Shown: piece by piece, positions 14,554 through 27,223 of the stretch
Layout of the letters: each line of letters begins with the position of its first letter
Numbering within the stretch: the first letter of the stretch is position 1
Source: Eledone cirrhosa
Taxonomy: Eukaryota
NCBI GenBank assembly: GCA_964016885.1
Contig: OZ024742.1
Span: forward strand, 182,404,001-182,468,000
Length of the DNA stretch: 64,000 nt
Reading direction: 5' to 3'
The notes under the pieces: model-generated
Databases searched by the model: none
What the model was told of the DNA's origin: nothing
What the model saw: only the letters and a program-made list of their open reading frames with translations
Position numbers and translations under genes: made by a program

Positions 14554-15836
14554 AACGAAAGAAAACGCTTTAACTCTGAAGTGTCTCGTTTTTTTTTGTC
14601 TTTGTTTTATTCTTTTAGAAATTAATTACATTTTAAAATTTGTTTCTCTGGCGCTCGTCTAAGGACAATTGGAGTAAAGAGTAAAAGCTAATTAGGAGTA
14701 AAATGGAACAAGAAGAAACGTAATCTACTATTAGTTCCAGTTTGAGTTGTTCTCAGAAGTCTGCAGGAAACTAGTTCACTCGAGATTGCTTCACTTTCTG
14801 TGTATCTCTCTATAGCCCTTAAATCCTAGTGGAGTCGTAGGAGCGCTGTCGCGTTATACAGTGTTACATGACCACTTACACTGTTTTGATTTGTTAAATT
14901 AACTTAACAAAAATATAATAGGCAGGAATATATCTGTTATATTGAATGTTTTAAACTTTCATTCTCTTTAAACATGTTAAAAGAACACAAAATATGAAAC
15001 ATAAGTAAAAAGAGTATGTCTATGTACCATGGATTTAATGTTTTATTAGTTTAATTTAATAGAAATCATTACTTTCTTTTCTTTTCAAGAAGAATACCTG
15101 TCGCTAAATACTAAAATATATCATTTCTCAACAACCCAACTTGAAGACCATATTTCTCAACTTTAAACCATTTTAAAAACAATTAACTTTATCACCCCTC
15201 ATTTCGTCTTCTCTGAAAGATCCAAATGGAAATTCGTGACATGTTTTTCCGAGTTCAAGAAAAATAAACCGAAGTAAATGTTGACTCTTCTGGGTAAATG
15301 CTGAGAGTAAGTTTAATAAAATTATGAAGAAATTGATTGTAATGTTTGCTCCCATTGAGGCGAAACCCTCATTAACGTTTCTTGGTTCTAAATGATTTTA
15401 TGTAAACAAAGAATGGCGAATATTGAACGATCAAAAATATGAGGAGATAATCTATCAATCGCCCCCCTCCCCCTTCCTTCAGTCTATTTCAATGAGTACA
15501 AGTCTGATACGGTTTTCCCTTACTCCTGTTGTACGAAAAACATAAAACTATAATAGTAATCAACACAAATTATTTTTAATATATAGAATTTGAAGTTGGA
15601 AAGCCACGTCAAAGCAAATTGGACGAACAAAGAAATCAGACGAAACAAGATGTTATGTGTTTTACCTTAATTTATTTATATGTCTTGATATTTCGAGATC
15701 AAAATCTCATCTTCTGTGGGAAATAAAAGGGACTAATCCAGTGTTTGTCGGAGTGCGCTATATATTTGTGGTTGTTCGATACTCGCCATCCTTTGTTTAC
15801 TTAAGATCATTTAGAGCTAAGAGACGTTTTGATACA

Positions 15837-16008
<172 letters not shown>

Positions 16009-16555
16009 GGGTTCAATCAGGGGTATATACACGAGAGAGAGACACATAGAATTTAGATCTGTGGATCTACTGTAATATTACTATTTGAACTATTGAAAAT
16101 GAAGTCACTTATAGGTTGGTTTCTCTGTTTTACCACTTTTCATGGTGTATTGTATATTTATTGATTTGTATTGTATGTAGTCATTTATGTGTTCAATTCA
16201 TGATAATTATTCATTCTTTATTTTCAATAAATAATTATTAGTAATATTTGGATACTGAGATTAGTTTCTCGGGAGAATTTCGGAAAAATCTATTAGTTAC
16301 ACTGTTCATTGACCGCGCCATGTGTAAACATAAAACATTTTGTTATTGTTACATATTCTGTGGCCTTGGCTATTTTACTATTTTCTCTATCTAATCTATT
16401 GAAATACTTTTATGATGTACAGGTCATATTACATCTGCATCATTTCACAGAATATTTTAAACCATCTTTGTGGTCTTATATAAATCAGGAGCCTGTACTT
16501 TTGTGTGCAGCCATGTAACCAAAAAATTACATTTCCCTCTCCCTGTAGCTCTCTC

Positions 16556-16632
<77 letters not shown>

Positions 16633-17185
16633 GTGCTTTTCTATCTTTGTATCTCACACTCTGTATCTCCCTCTCCATATATTTGTCTATCTATGTATAT
16701 ATCTCTCCTTCCACCTCTCTCTCTATATATATATATATACATATATACCTCCCATCTCTTTCTTTCTCCCTTCTTCCATCTACCTATGTCTACCTGCCAT
16801 TCTCTTTCTCAATCTATCTTTCTCTGCTCTAATTTCTAGTTACCCCGCTTTCAAAAGTGTTGTCATACGTCCAACAATCTGTCAGATATTCCGCCATCTT
16901 AACAAACACACAACAAATAGATTGCTACTAGATTGCATATAACTACAGACTGTTGGTGCAATCTCTAAGTCAAAAGTTATTTTTAAACTGTCGTATCGAT
17001 CAAATTGAATCATATTGCATTTCGCCGAAATGGACTGCATTTGAATTCCAAGTGTTTTGCTCTGTCTATTTTCTTCCTTTCTCTACATAACCTCTGTATC
17101 TTACTCGGTCATTTTATCACCTTACATCCTACTCTCGCTCTCTTTGTCTCTCCTTCTTCAACTCCTTCTGGCTCTCTCCGTCCCC

Positions 17186-17189
<4 letters not shown>

Positions 17190-17221
<32 letters not shown>

Positions 17222-17315
17222 CTCTCTCTCGCTGTTTAACACTCACCCTCGTACAAACAAACACAAGGTTCTGTCTACTTTATTTCTCTCCTATTTATGT
17301 TCAATTTATAGACTT

Positions 17316-17349
<34 letters not shown>

Positions 17350-17467
17350 TTTTCTCTCTCTCGCTGTTTAACACTCACCCTCGTACAAACAAACACAAGG
17401 TTCTGTCTACTTTATTTCTCTCCTATTTATGTTCAATTTATAGACTTTCTCCCTCGCTCTCTCTCTC
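17190..17467 (+). repeat. Tandem duplication of about 134 bp bounded by (CT)n
   Basis: cgctgtttaacactcaccctcg...ctccctcgctct repeated exactly twice. Confidence 0.95.
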
Positions 17468-17631
17468 CCACATTCTTTAAAACATCAATACAGACATAGC
17501 AGTACATAGATAGGCAAATAGAGACGGATACATACATATACATATATACATGTGTGTGTGTGTGTCTGTGTGTGTGAATGTGTGAATGTGTATATATGTA
17601 TATAAGAATTTATATCCGTTTTGTATATAAA

Positions 17632-17845
17632 GACAGTCGATCGACAGTTAAATCGGACCGGGGAAGCAATGTTTCCGTTGGTCTTTCCAATTGCTAATAC
17701 TCTCTATCGGTCGCAACTCCAGGTAGAAGGAACAACGTGAAATAAAGTGTCTTGCTCAAGGACATAACGCATCGCCTGGTCCAGGAATCGAACTCACAAC
17801 TTCACGATTGCGAATCCAATTCTCTAACCAATCAGCCAAGCGTCT
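17632..17845 (-). mobile_element. CORE-like SINE family B
   Basis: aataaagtgtcttgctcaaggaca core, ggaatcgaac B box, tail gacagtcgatcgac; matches 20103-20312, 41975-42177 and 50508-50700. Confidence 0.85.
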
Positions 17846-17846
17846 C

Positions 17847-17973
17847 GTATGTATATAGATATGTACGTATATAGATATGTATGTATATAGATATGCATGG
17901 ATATATATTTGTATCTATATACATATATATGTATATATATATGCATGGATATATATTTGTATCTATATACATA

Positions 17974-18026
<53 letters not shown>

Positions 18027-18110
18027 AAGTGTGTAAATATCTATATACACAAGTACATATGTATGTATATGTATATGTGTATATACATGGGTGCATATAT
18101 ATATATATAT

Positions 18111-18203
<93 letters not shown>

Positions 18204-18365
18204 CATATATATATACATATATATATACATATATATATACATGTATATATATATGTATACATGTATGTATATATATATATGTATATATATATATATGTAT
18301 ATATGTATGTATATACATATACATATATACTACATATATATACACACACACGCAGACACATAGAC

Positions 18366-18407
<42 letters not shown>

Positions 18408-18430
18408 AAATGGGGAGAAGAATACTGCAG

Positions 18431-18476
<46 letters not shown>

Positions 18477-18509
18477 AATATATGTATATATATATAAATA
18501 TATGTATAT

Positions 18510-18544
<35 letters not shown>

Positions 18545-18545
18545 A

Positions 18546-18614
<69 letters not shown>

Positions 18615-18630
18615 AATATATATATATATG

Positions 18631-18705
<75 letters not shown>

Positions 18706-18712
18706 ATATATA
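17847..18712. repeat. Long interrupted (TA)n/(TATG)n microsatellite block
   Basis: Visible directly. Confidence 0.95.
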
Positions 18713-18937
18713 TATAAAGAAAAAATGATGAAATCGAAAATGCAACTGGAGTCTTATTTTTTTTTAAATATATATATTTATTTGGTTCCTTTACAGGTTT
18801 CGCAGTTCTGCTTTTCAAAAGATAAGTTGAGATGGAGGGTCTGTGGTTTTTCTCACATCATTTTTTCTTTATACTTTCACTCGTGTAGGACACCTCGGTT
18901 ATTTTTCATTTTGTAAAAAAAACCTGACTTTCTAATA
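18713..18937. mobile_element. Penelope-like mini-element family P3 with an inverted segment
   Basis: 18713-18805 matches 29987-30079 directly; 18856-18937 matches 29925-30003 in reverse; flanked by (TA)n. Confidence 0.75.
18789..18821 (-). ncRNA. Minimal type-I hammerhead ribozyme-like motif (U3-A8 variant)
   Basis: ctt-UUGAAAA-gcag aa ctgc-GAAAC ct GUA-aag: stem I, core, stem II hairpin and NUH triplet in register. Confidence 0.6.
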
Positions 18938-18957
18938 TATATATATATTATATATAA

Positions 18958-19144
18958 GGGCGGTGGATTGGCAGTATCAGTAGAGGGTCGGAAGCCATGC
19001 TTTCCAGCATAGTTACGTCCCTTTACGATTTGAGTTCAAATCCCGCCGAGGTTGACTTTGCCTTTCATCTTTACGGGGTCGATAAAATAAAGTACCAGTA
19101 ATGCACTGGGTAATTGCTGGCCTTGTGCCTAAAGTAGAAACAAT

Positions 19145-19146
<2 letters not shown>
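18958..19146 (+). mobile_element. SINE family M, short form, full length
   Basis: Near-consensus, between (TA)n tracts. Confidence 0.92.
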
Positions 19147-19181
<35 letters not shown>

Positions 19182-19202
19182 ATATATATATGTATATATA
19201 TG

Positions 19203-19233
<31 letters not shown>

Positions 19234-19234
19234 G

Positions 19235-19265
<31 letters not shown>

Positions 19266-19427
19266 TCATATATATATATATACATATATATATTCATATA
19301 TATATATATATATATATGCACATATATATACATATATATATACATATATATATGCACATATATATACATATATATATGTATATATATACATATATATATG
19401 TATATATATACATATATATACATATAA

Positions 19428-19913
19428 CCAAAGATTAGTATGGTTAGTTGACTCAACGAATACAGTTACTCAACGAATACAATTTTACAATAGATTAGAA
19501 GCACTCAACAAATGTTTTCCTGGAGTTTTTAATATTATTCAAATTACTGGAATTGAATTATCAAGACTGTAGCGGTATGTCATATATCAAATCATGTATT
19601 TTGTCTGATGAAAACGTACTGAAACAACACAGTACCTTTGAAATATATATAATAAAGTATATATTTTGATTATGTGAATAATTTTCATTTGTTAACAACT
19701 AAAGGAATTTTTGACTAAAGGAATTGGTTATACAGTGGTCGCGATAACCAAAGATGTGGGTTCGACTCCCATGTACGTCAATACTCATCTTTTTCCATTT
19801 ATCTGAGGGTTCTAAACCCCATTATCAGGCTAAAATTCCTTTAGTCAAAAATACGGTGAGAGCTATATATTTTCTAATTTCAAACCTGCTCACTGTTTCA
19901 AAACATATTTACT

Positions 19914-19918
<5 letters not shown>
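19428..19918. mobile_element. (TA)n-embedded composite element with hammerhead-like relic and tRNA-like segment
   Basis: ctgatga...gaaac...gta at 19605-19634 followed by aataaa; gtgggttcgactccca B box near 19756-19771; perfect 19-bp inverted repeat 19707-19725 / 19834-19852. Confidence 0.45.
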
Positions 19919-19962
<44 letters not shown>

Positions 19963-20019
19963 CATATAAAAATATATATATATATATACACATATATATA
20001 TTTATGTATATACATATAT

Positions 20020-20054
<35 letters not shown>

Positions 20055-20102
20055 ATAACAAATTATTGTTAAAGGTAGTATGCATATATAATATGTATAT
20101 AT

Positions 20103-20312
20103 GTGAAGGCGCGTGGCCGAGTGGTTACAGAATTGGAATCGCAATGGTGAGGTTGTGGACTGGGCGATGTGTTTTGTCCTTGAGCAAGACACTTTATTTC
20201 ACGTTGCTCCTTGTACAAGGAGTTGAGAGCGAAAGATAATATTAGCAATTGGAAAGACCAACGGAAACATTGTTTCCTAGGTGCAATTTGACGAAAGTCG
20301 ATCGACTGTCGA
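20103..20312 (+). mobile_element. CORE-like SINE family B
   Basis: gaaggcgcgtggccgagtggtta head, gtccttgagcaagacactttatttcacg core, gaaagtcgatcgactgtcgat tail. Confidence 0.85.
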
Positions 20313-20701
20313 TGTATATATATATAGATATGTATATGTATATATATATATATATATGTGTGTCTGTATATATATATGTATGTATGTATATATGTGTATG
20401 TGTGCCTCTGTGTGTGTGTTGGAATAATAAAAACAGGAGTCAGTTGTAATTAGAGAGTTCCAACAGTGACCTAACTTTCTAGCTACTCCTGGCTTCTGTT
20501 TTTATCGTTCAAACACACATATATCTAAATGATGTTGTAACCCGGACTGATTTCCTTCGATGATACTTTAAGCTGCGACCACCTACTACAAGAACTACTG
20601 GTCACACTGCCGACTCTCGCCGCCATCTTTCCTAGGATACATTAAGTTGTAACAACGTTATCAGCCCCACCATAACCAGGCGGACTCAGATATATATACA
20701 T

Positions 20702-20757
<56 letters not shown>

Positions 20758-20761
<4 letters not shown>

Positions 20762-20982
20762 CGAAGGAAATGTGGTAAAGAACCAGATGGACTCAATACT
20801 CAATACGCACCAAAGTACTCAATACTTAGGGTAGTAGAGTGGGTAATAGGAACAAGTAGGACCCCGACGGCTGAGCTCAAGCCGTTTCGACGGCTAATTC
20901 TGGACTAAGATCAAACCTTTTAGTCCAGAATTAGCCGTCGAAACGGCTTGAGCTCAGCCGTCGGGGTCCTACTCGTTCCTAT
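20758..20982. mobile_element. Penelope-like mini-element family P2 with 63-bp fold-back hairpin
   Basis: Arms 20846-20908 / 20920-20982 with one mismatch; homologous to 45290-45451; (TA)n on both sides. Confidence 0.8.
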
Positions 20983-21460
20983 ATATATATATATATATAT
21001 GTGTATATCTGGTGGTGCTGGTGTTAGGAAGGGCATCCAACCAGTATATATTAATGCCAAAAGCTATGAGCATAACAAATGACGATGATGATATGTATGG
21101 AAATGTATATAATATATATATATGTATAGATATGGATATGTATCTATATATATATATACATAATATATGTATAATATGTATAAAAATGTATGCATGTATA
21201 GATATGTATACTCATATATAATAATTCGTTCAAATATATAACACCCACCTATATGTGCATATATATACATATATGTATATATACTGAAGTACACATACCT
21301 ACACCCACATATATGTATGTGTTTTTATATATATGTGATTGACTCTCTATGCGTGGGAGAGCGTTGAACATTTTCTAAAACTTTTGAACTCAATACTTTA
21401 TTATGCTTCTCTTTTCTTCCACATCTTCTCATCCTCTGTCTCTTTCAGTCTCTTCTCTCT

Positions 21461-21554
21461 ATTAACTTTGCCTTTCATCCTTACTGGGTCGATAAAATAA
21501 AGTACCAGTAATGCACTGGGTACTTGCTGGGCTTGTGCCAAAAGTAGAAACAAT

Positions 21555-21556
<2 letters not shown>
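21461..21556 (+). mobile_element. 5'-truncated SINE family M
   Basis: Starts at ttaactttgcctttcatcc and ends gtagaaacaatta. Confidence 0.88.
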
Positions 21557-21653
<97 letters not shown>

Positions 21654-21762
21654 ATGTGTGTGTGTGTGTGTGTGTGTTTATTTGTATATATATTTATATG
21701 TATATATATGTATATATATATATATGTATTTGTGAACGTATATGTGTATATATATATATATA

Positions 21763-21822
<60 letters not shown>

Positions 21823-21867
21823 TGTATATACATGTATTGAATATATATTTATATGTATATGTATATG

Positions 21868-21939
<72 letters not shown>

Positions 21940-22396
21940 TATTCATCTTTTAACTCTATCCGTTTTTCACTCTTCCAGCCCTTCTTGTATCTACGCCAGT
22001 AAACTAGAATTGGTAAAACGCCACTAAAAATATATTTCGAGAAAACCTTGGCACTATAAAACATGTTAGGCTTTCTAGTTTTATTTATCTATTGTTACCT
22101 TCTTCATCTTCTTTTTAATTCACTTTGACATTCACCTGTCCTCGATTAATAAAGTACTGATGAGAACATTGTTATCTGTAATATTTAACCCTTTTGATAT
22201 CAAAGTATCTGAAACTGTAAATGTTTATATTTATCTAAATGCCTTTCTCACGATCTTATTTAAAAACATATGTTTTAATTACTCGCTCAATACTGAGTAA
22301 ATTAGTAATACTACTAAACCCCTCCACATTCTTAACCCTTTTTAAAAGCACACTCACACACTATCTGTCTCTTTCCCTCTCCCTATGTATATATAT

Positions 22397-22480
<84 letters not shown>

Positions 22481-22725
22481 CATATGTGGTGAGGGGGGGT
22501 GGGGCATGTCTGCATATACGCTTACTGTTTGTTTATGTCCCTGTGTCGGTTCAATTCACTGAGTAAATATTTTAAGAAGACGTTCCGTGGGGAGAATTAA
22601 CCGTGAGAAATTATTTACCGCATATACTCATGTAAAAACCTATCTCCTGCAAAGATCGACCCTTCTATTTTTTGCCTCAAATTTAGATTTTTCCATATAT
22701 CTCATGTAAGAGTCAGCTTGGTCAT

Positions 22726-23070
22726 GTGTCAACTATGGTCATGTGTCAATCTGAACCTGGTCAAAATCTTCAGCAGCCGAAAATATTTATCAAAGGAAAA
22801 CATCTTGGGGTAGTCAAATATTTCTTATACCTTGGTAGCTCCGTCAATAAAAACGTTTTTTCGGACACAGAAACAAACTTAAGAATTCAAAAGACTGCGA
22901 AATCATTTGGAAATTTAGAATCTCGTGCGTGGACACAAATGCATGTTAAGATCAAGTCAAAGGTTTCTGTATACAAATCTTTAGGGCTGTCTTCTTTTCT
23001 TTATTCTTCTGATACCTGGATATGCTATAAACCCCATATAAAGTTACTTGAAATATTTCCCCTTGGATAA
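22726..23070 (+). mobile_element. RTE-clade LINE fragment (region after the RT core)
   Basis: VKYFLYLGSSV..DTETNLRIQKTAKSFGNL..W..KSKVSVY..LYSSDTW pattern typical of RTE/BovB ORFs. Confidence 0.85.
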
Positions 23071-23199
23071 AACACACTGTTTATGTACAGGCGCGTTTAT
23101 AAACTCCGCTATGTTTACGATGAGGGAAAATATTAAACACTCAAATTTTAAGGGGAACTCAACAAATCTACCACCAAAACATTTAATTTTTCAACACAA

Positions 23200-24065
23200 G
23201 CTTATGTAGAAACTATGCTATCGAGAAGTAAATTTTGAAGTGGCACAAAGCTTTCAAAGAAGACCGAAAATGTTGAAGGCCGATCTCGTCAACAAAAATA
23301 CAGTTCAGTGTTTTAACAGACCATTTGCACATGTGAAAAGTGCAAAATTAGTGCCCAAACACTTGTCTGTGGAGCAAAATCCAACCGGTTGGAAATTTGT
23401 CACGATTTGCAAGAAAGACTCAAAATTGAGGCAAATTTCTTGGATAAATAATAAAAGATGTATTATTGGTGTTCGAGTACATTCAAGAGACAAATTTCAT
23501 CTCCTCCGAAGAAAGAACACATGAGCAGATCCAGGGTGAAAACGAGGATTCTCATTTTCTTCGATAACCATGGTATTGTTCACAAAGAAATTTTACCTCC
23601 CGGACAGACAGTTAATCACAATTTCTTCAAATATATCTTGGATCGACTTACAAAACAGGTCCAGCAAGTCCAAAAAGACATTGCAGGAAATTGGGTATTG
23701 CACCATGATAATGTGCCTACTCACACAACACTTTCAATGAGAGAATTTCTGGTGAAAGATAAGATTCCTGCTCTTCCACATCCTCCCTACAGCCCAGACC
23801 TAGCTCTGTGTGATTTCTACCATTTCCCTAAATTATAAACGAATTTGAAGTGTCATCATGTTTAGATTGTAGAAAGCAAACAAATAATAGTAACCGCCGA
23901 GCTGTGGACACTAAGAAAAAATGACTACCAATACTGCTACGATCAATGAAAAAAACGTTGGAACAACCGTGTGTCATCCCAAGAGACGTAGTTTGAAGAT
24001 AACTTGTAATTTCATATACATTTAAATAAAACAGCAGTATCTTTACTTTTGGGACAAACCTCGTA
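23200..24065 (+). mobile_element. Degenerate mariner (DD34D) transposon
   Basis: FFDNHGIVHKEILPPGQTVN, WVLHHDNVPTH, HPPYSPDLALCDFYHFPKL; 3' TIR-like ctttacttttgggacaaacctcg-TA. Confidence 0.9.
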
Positions 24066-24174
24066 TACATATATAGATGAAAAGAAAATGTTACCAATAA
24101 GAGCCAAATAAAAGATATCCATCTAACTATATATGTGTGTTTATATATATATATATATGTATGTATATGTATAA

Positions 24175-24216
<42 letters not shown>

Positions 24217-26558
24217 ATATTTATATATACTTTTAATTTATCGGCTTTATTGAATGAAAATAATGAAGGCAAAAATAACAATAAAAGGAAAATAAAACAA
24301 ACAACAAGGAAAAATAACAAGACATCAAATAAATCAATCAATACCGTTTCTATGTGATCAATTTTGAATATCTGATCTCCTAACGGAAATTCAATAATCA
24401 TATCAATTCATTGGAAAATATTACGAACCATAACGTATGTTCTTTGTATTGATCTGACAGAGCATAGATATTTTTGTAATGTGATGTCTACTATATCAAT
24501 TTCTACTGATGTAATGTGGAGTGAATTTCAAACTGGTTTCCCAGTCAACCGATAGCTGTGCTCCACTTCGTTTAACTTTATTTGTATATATGTGTGTATA
24601 TGTGTATATTTATGGACCCCTAACACTTGATGGTGTCGTAGGGCTGCTGTTAGGTACTTCAAACCTGGCACAAACCATCCCCTCTCTAGATCTGAACTAC
24701 GTGAAATAAGCTGTTTTGCTCAAATAAACAACATACTGCCGGACATTGAACTCTTGTAATAATGTGCTTACCCATGTTTCAGTCCAGAACGATAAAAATG
24801 GAGATGTAACTGATTGATATATCTTGTAGATGTAAGACTGAAAAATAGTTTATCTTTCATCCTTTCATTAACCTATTTCTTCTAAACCACACATCTTATG
24901 ATTTTCAAATCGTTTTGAAAATAATAAAAACTTTGGAGGGATTTTTTAGAATAAGTAACTTTCTCATTACCAAACAAAGTTGTTACACAAAGATATCATG
25001 GGATATTACAGATTAATATAAACATTTTAAAATAGAACCAGGAGCGGTTTGCTATTAAAAGAGTTAACGATGAGGTATATTTCAAAAATATATAAATTTA
25101 TTTACCACAAGCTTCTGTGAGACCTTTAGGTATTGGTGCTCATGTGATCGATATCTGTTGAGGTACCGGAGAATTGTGTCTTAACAGAAGCCTGCATGAT
25201 ATAGATTGATATAGATTATTCAGAACAGTGATCCATTGAACTATTGAGGTGAAAGTTTGATTATTTCTTTATTTAGTTCACCGTGATCTAATTCTGTAAC
25301 ACTTTAGACAATAGAATGATATTATATCAGCTATCCTACGTACGAATGTATGGCTCATTTCGTTGTTGAGTCACTACCGAATCTCAAATTAGTTTGTCAG
25401 AATTCATCCTGCTCCAAGTTATTAATCACGTTCAAAATCACAAGCAAAGTATGTGTTCTGTTTAACAAATTCTCTCTGATCTCACCCAGAAATACATGAA
25501 TACCACAACATCAATAGATGTATTACAGATTAAAATTAAATGAAATAGCTCAACTGGAAATTGAAACTGCTTAACTTATTTGGTTTGCTAGTTGCTTGTA
25601 TGTATCAACTCGTAACCTCTGATGCAGTCGTCAGGGTATCGTCCTGACATGCAGCGTGTCTTGGGCATTTTAAACTTTAGGTCTGAACACAACAGTTTTG
25701 CTGCAGAGATTCTCTCTGATGTTCTAACGACTCGACCAATACGCCACCTCACTAGTTGCTTACCTCTTACTATTTTGCAACCGTACAATTCTGATAAAAT
25801 CTTCAGCTTTATTTAATCATTCATTATAGCTAGACACGCAAACCTGATTAGTTTTATCTTAAGTGGTCTCCTTACATTTACTGATAGTCTCACCCAAGAT
25901 AGTAAAGTTTCATGCCTCATTTCACTGATATAATCAAAGTATTTCTTTTATGGAATCAATAATGGCTACGGCTATTTATTGAACACGATATCCATAATGT
26001 GTGTGTGTGTGTGTGTGTGTGCCTGTGTGCGTGCGTTCGTTTATTAATGTATGTGATGACCAGCTTCAAGTAGGTTTTGTTAATTCACTCTATCGATCAA
26101 GAAAATAAGGTAGAACGAGTGAAGCAATGATTTCTCAATTATACTCGAAACCCTATAATTATGTTGGATATAAATTAGAGTTTAGAGTGTTTGTGTCTTT
26201 CCTGGAATATATTAATGTAATAAGAAAAGCAGATTTAATCGTAACAGTCATAATGGTTCACCAACCAATGCTAGCATGAAGATGTTTAGCTATGTTCTTG
26301 TCTTTCAAAATTACAAACACGGAAATATTGGACGTTAACACTGTTATCTAATGAAATACTCCTAATTAACCTCGTATCTAAATAGAGAAAACATTTCATT
26401 GAAAAGACTTGTTTATGCACAGACTTGAAAGTCTAACGTTGCTCTCATAACTATAATGATTTACTTCTTTAGATCATAACGATTCTGCACTTCAGGTTCA
26501 TCAAACCTACATAGAAATATCGTATTTCTCCATTTGCTAGGTGTATCTAAAATACACA

Positions 26559-26637
<79 letters not shown>

Positions 26638-26883
26638 GGGGAGAGGGAGAGGGAGAGAAACTATGTAATATGAGGGTTGTAGCCTTATGACATCCGTCAT
26701 ATCCAGGATACTGATTGTTGCAGGACGGTGACAGTTTTACCGGTATGTTTCGGGCTGGTTTAAAATGTATGTGATGTTTATTTTTTCGTGTGTGCTATGT
26801 GTCTGATGAATGAGGTCGTATGTAGGTTTAATGATTACGTTTGCTTGAATTTGTAGAAAATATTTGGTTTGTACATACATACA

Positions 26884-27223
26884 TGAGAAGCTAGGCTTCA
26901 CAGGAACAGAAAGAACACAACTAGTTAGGAAATTACAAGTACAATCCATTAATGGAACAGTAAAAATATGTAAAACAGTCCAAACATGTTGCATCTAATA
27001 ACTGCATATACACATGTACAGATAGATACAAAGCATATACACATGCACACATACAACTCAAAACATCCACACATACAATAACATCCATATCTACACATGC
27101 ATGCATACATAATCTACCTAGTTGATGTTGTGTAAATTCCAATGAGAGAGTCTTGTGTCTATGTTAGAAACCGACTCTCTCTCTATTGGTAAAACTTTGT
27201 GAAATTATAAAACCAGAAGAACA
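26884..27223 (+). mobile_element. 3' fragment of R4/Dong-like non-LTR retrotransposon in (TACA)n
   Basis: Near-identical reverse complement of 47709-48049; preceded by tacatacatacat and followed by a long (ATAC)n. Confidence 0.9.

Noticed and set aside
14816-14905. Strong acceptor followed by a 28-codon frame (PLNPSGVVGALSRY...)
   Set aside because: Short frames of this length are common by chance; no supporting donor or homology
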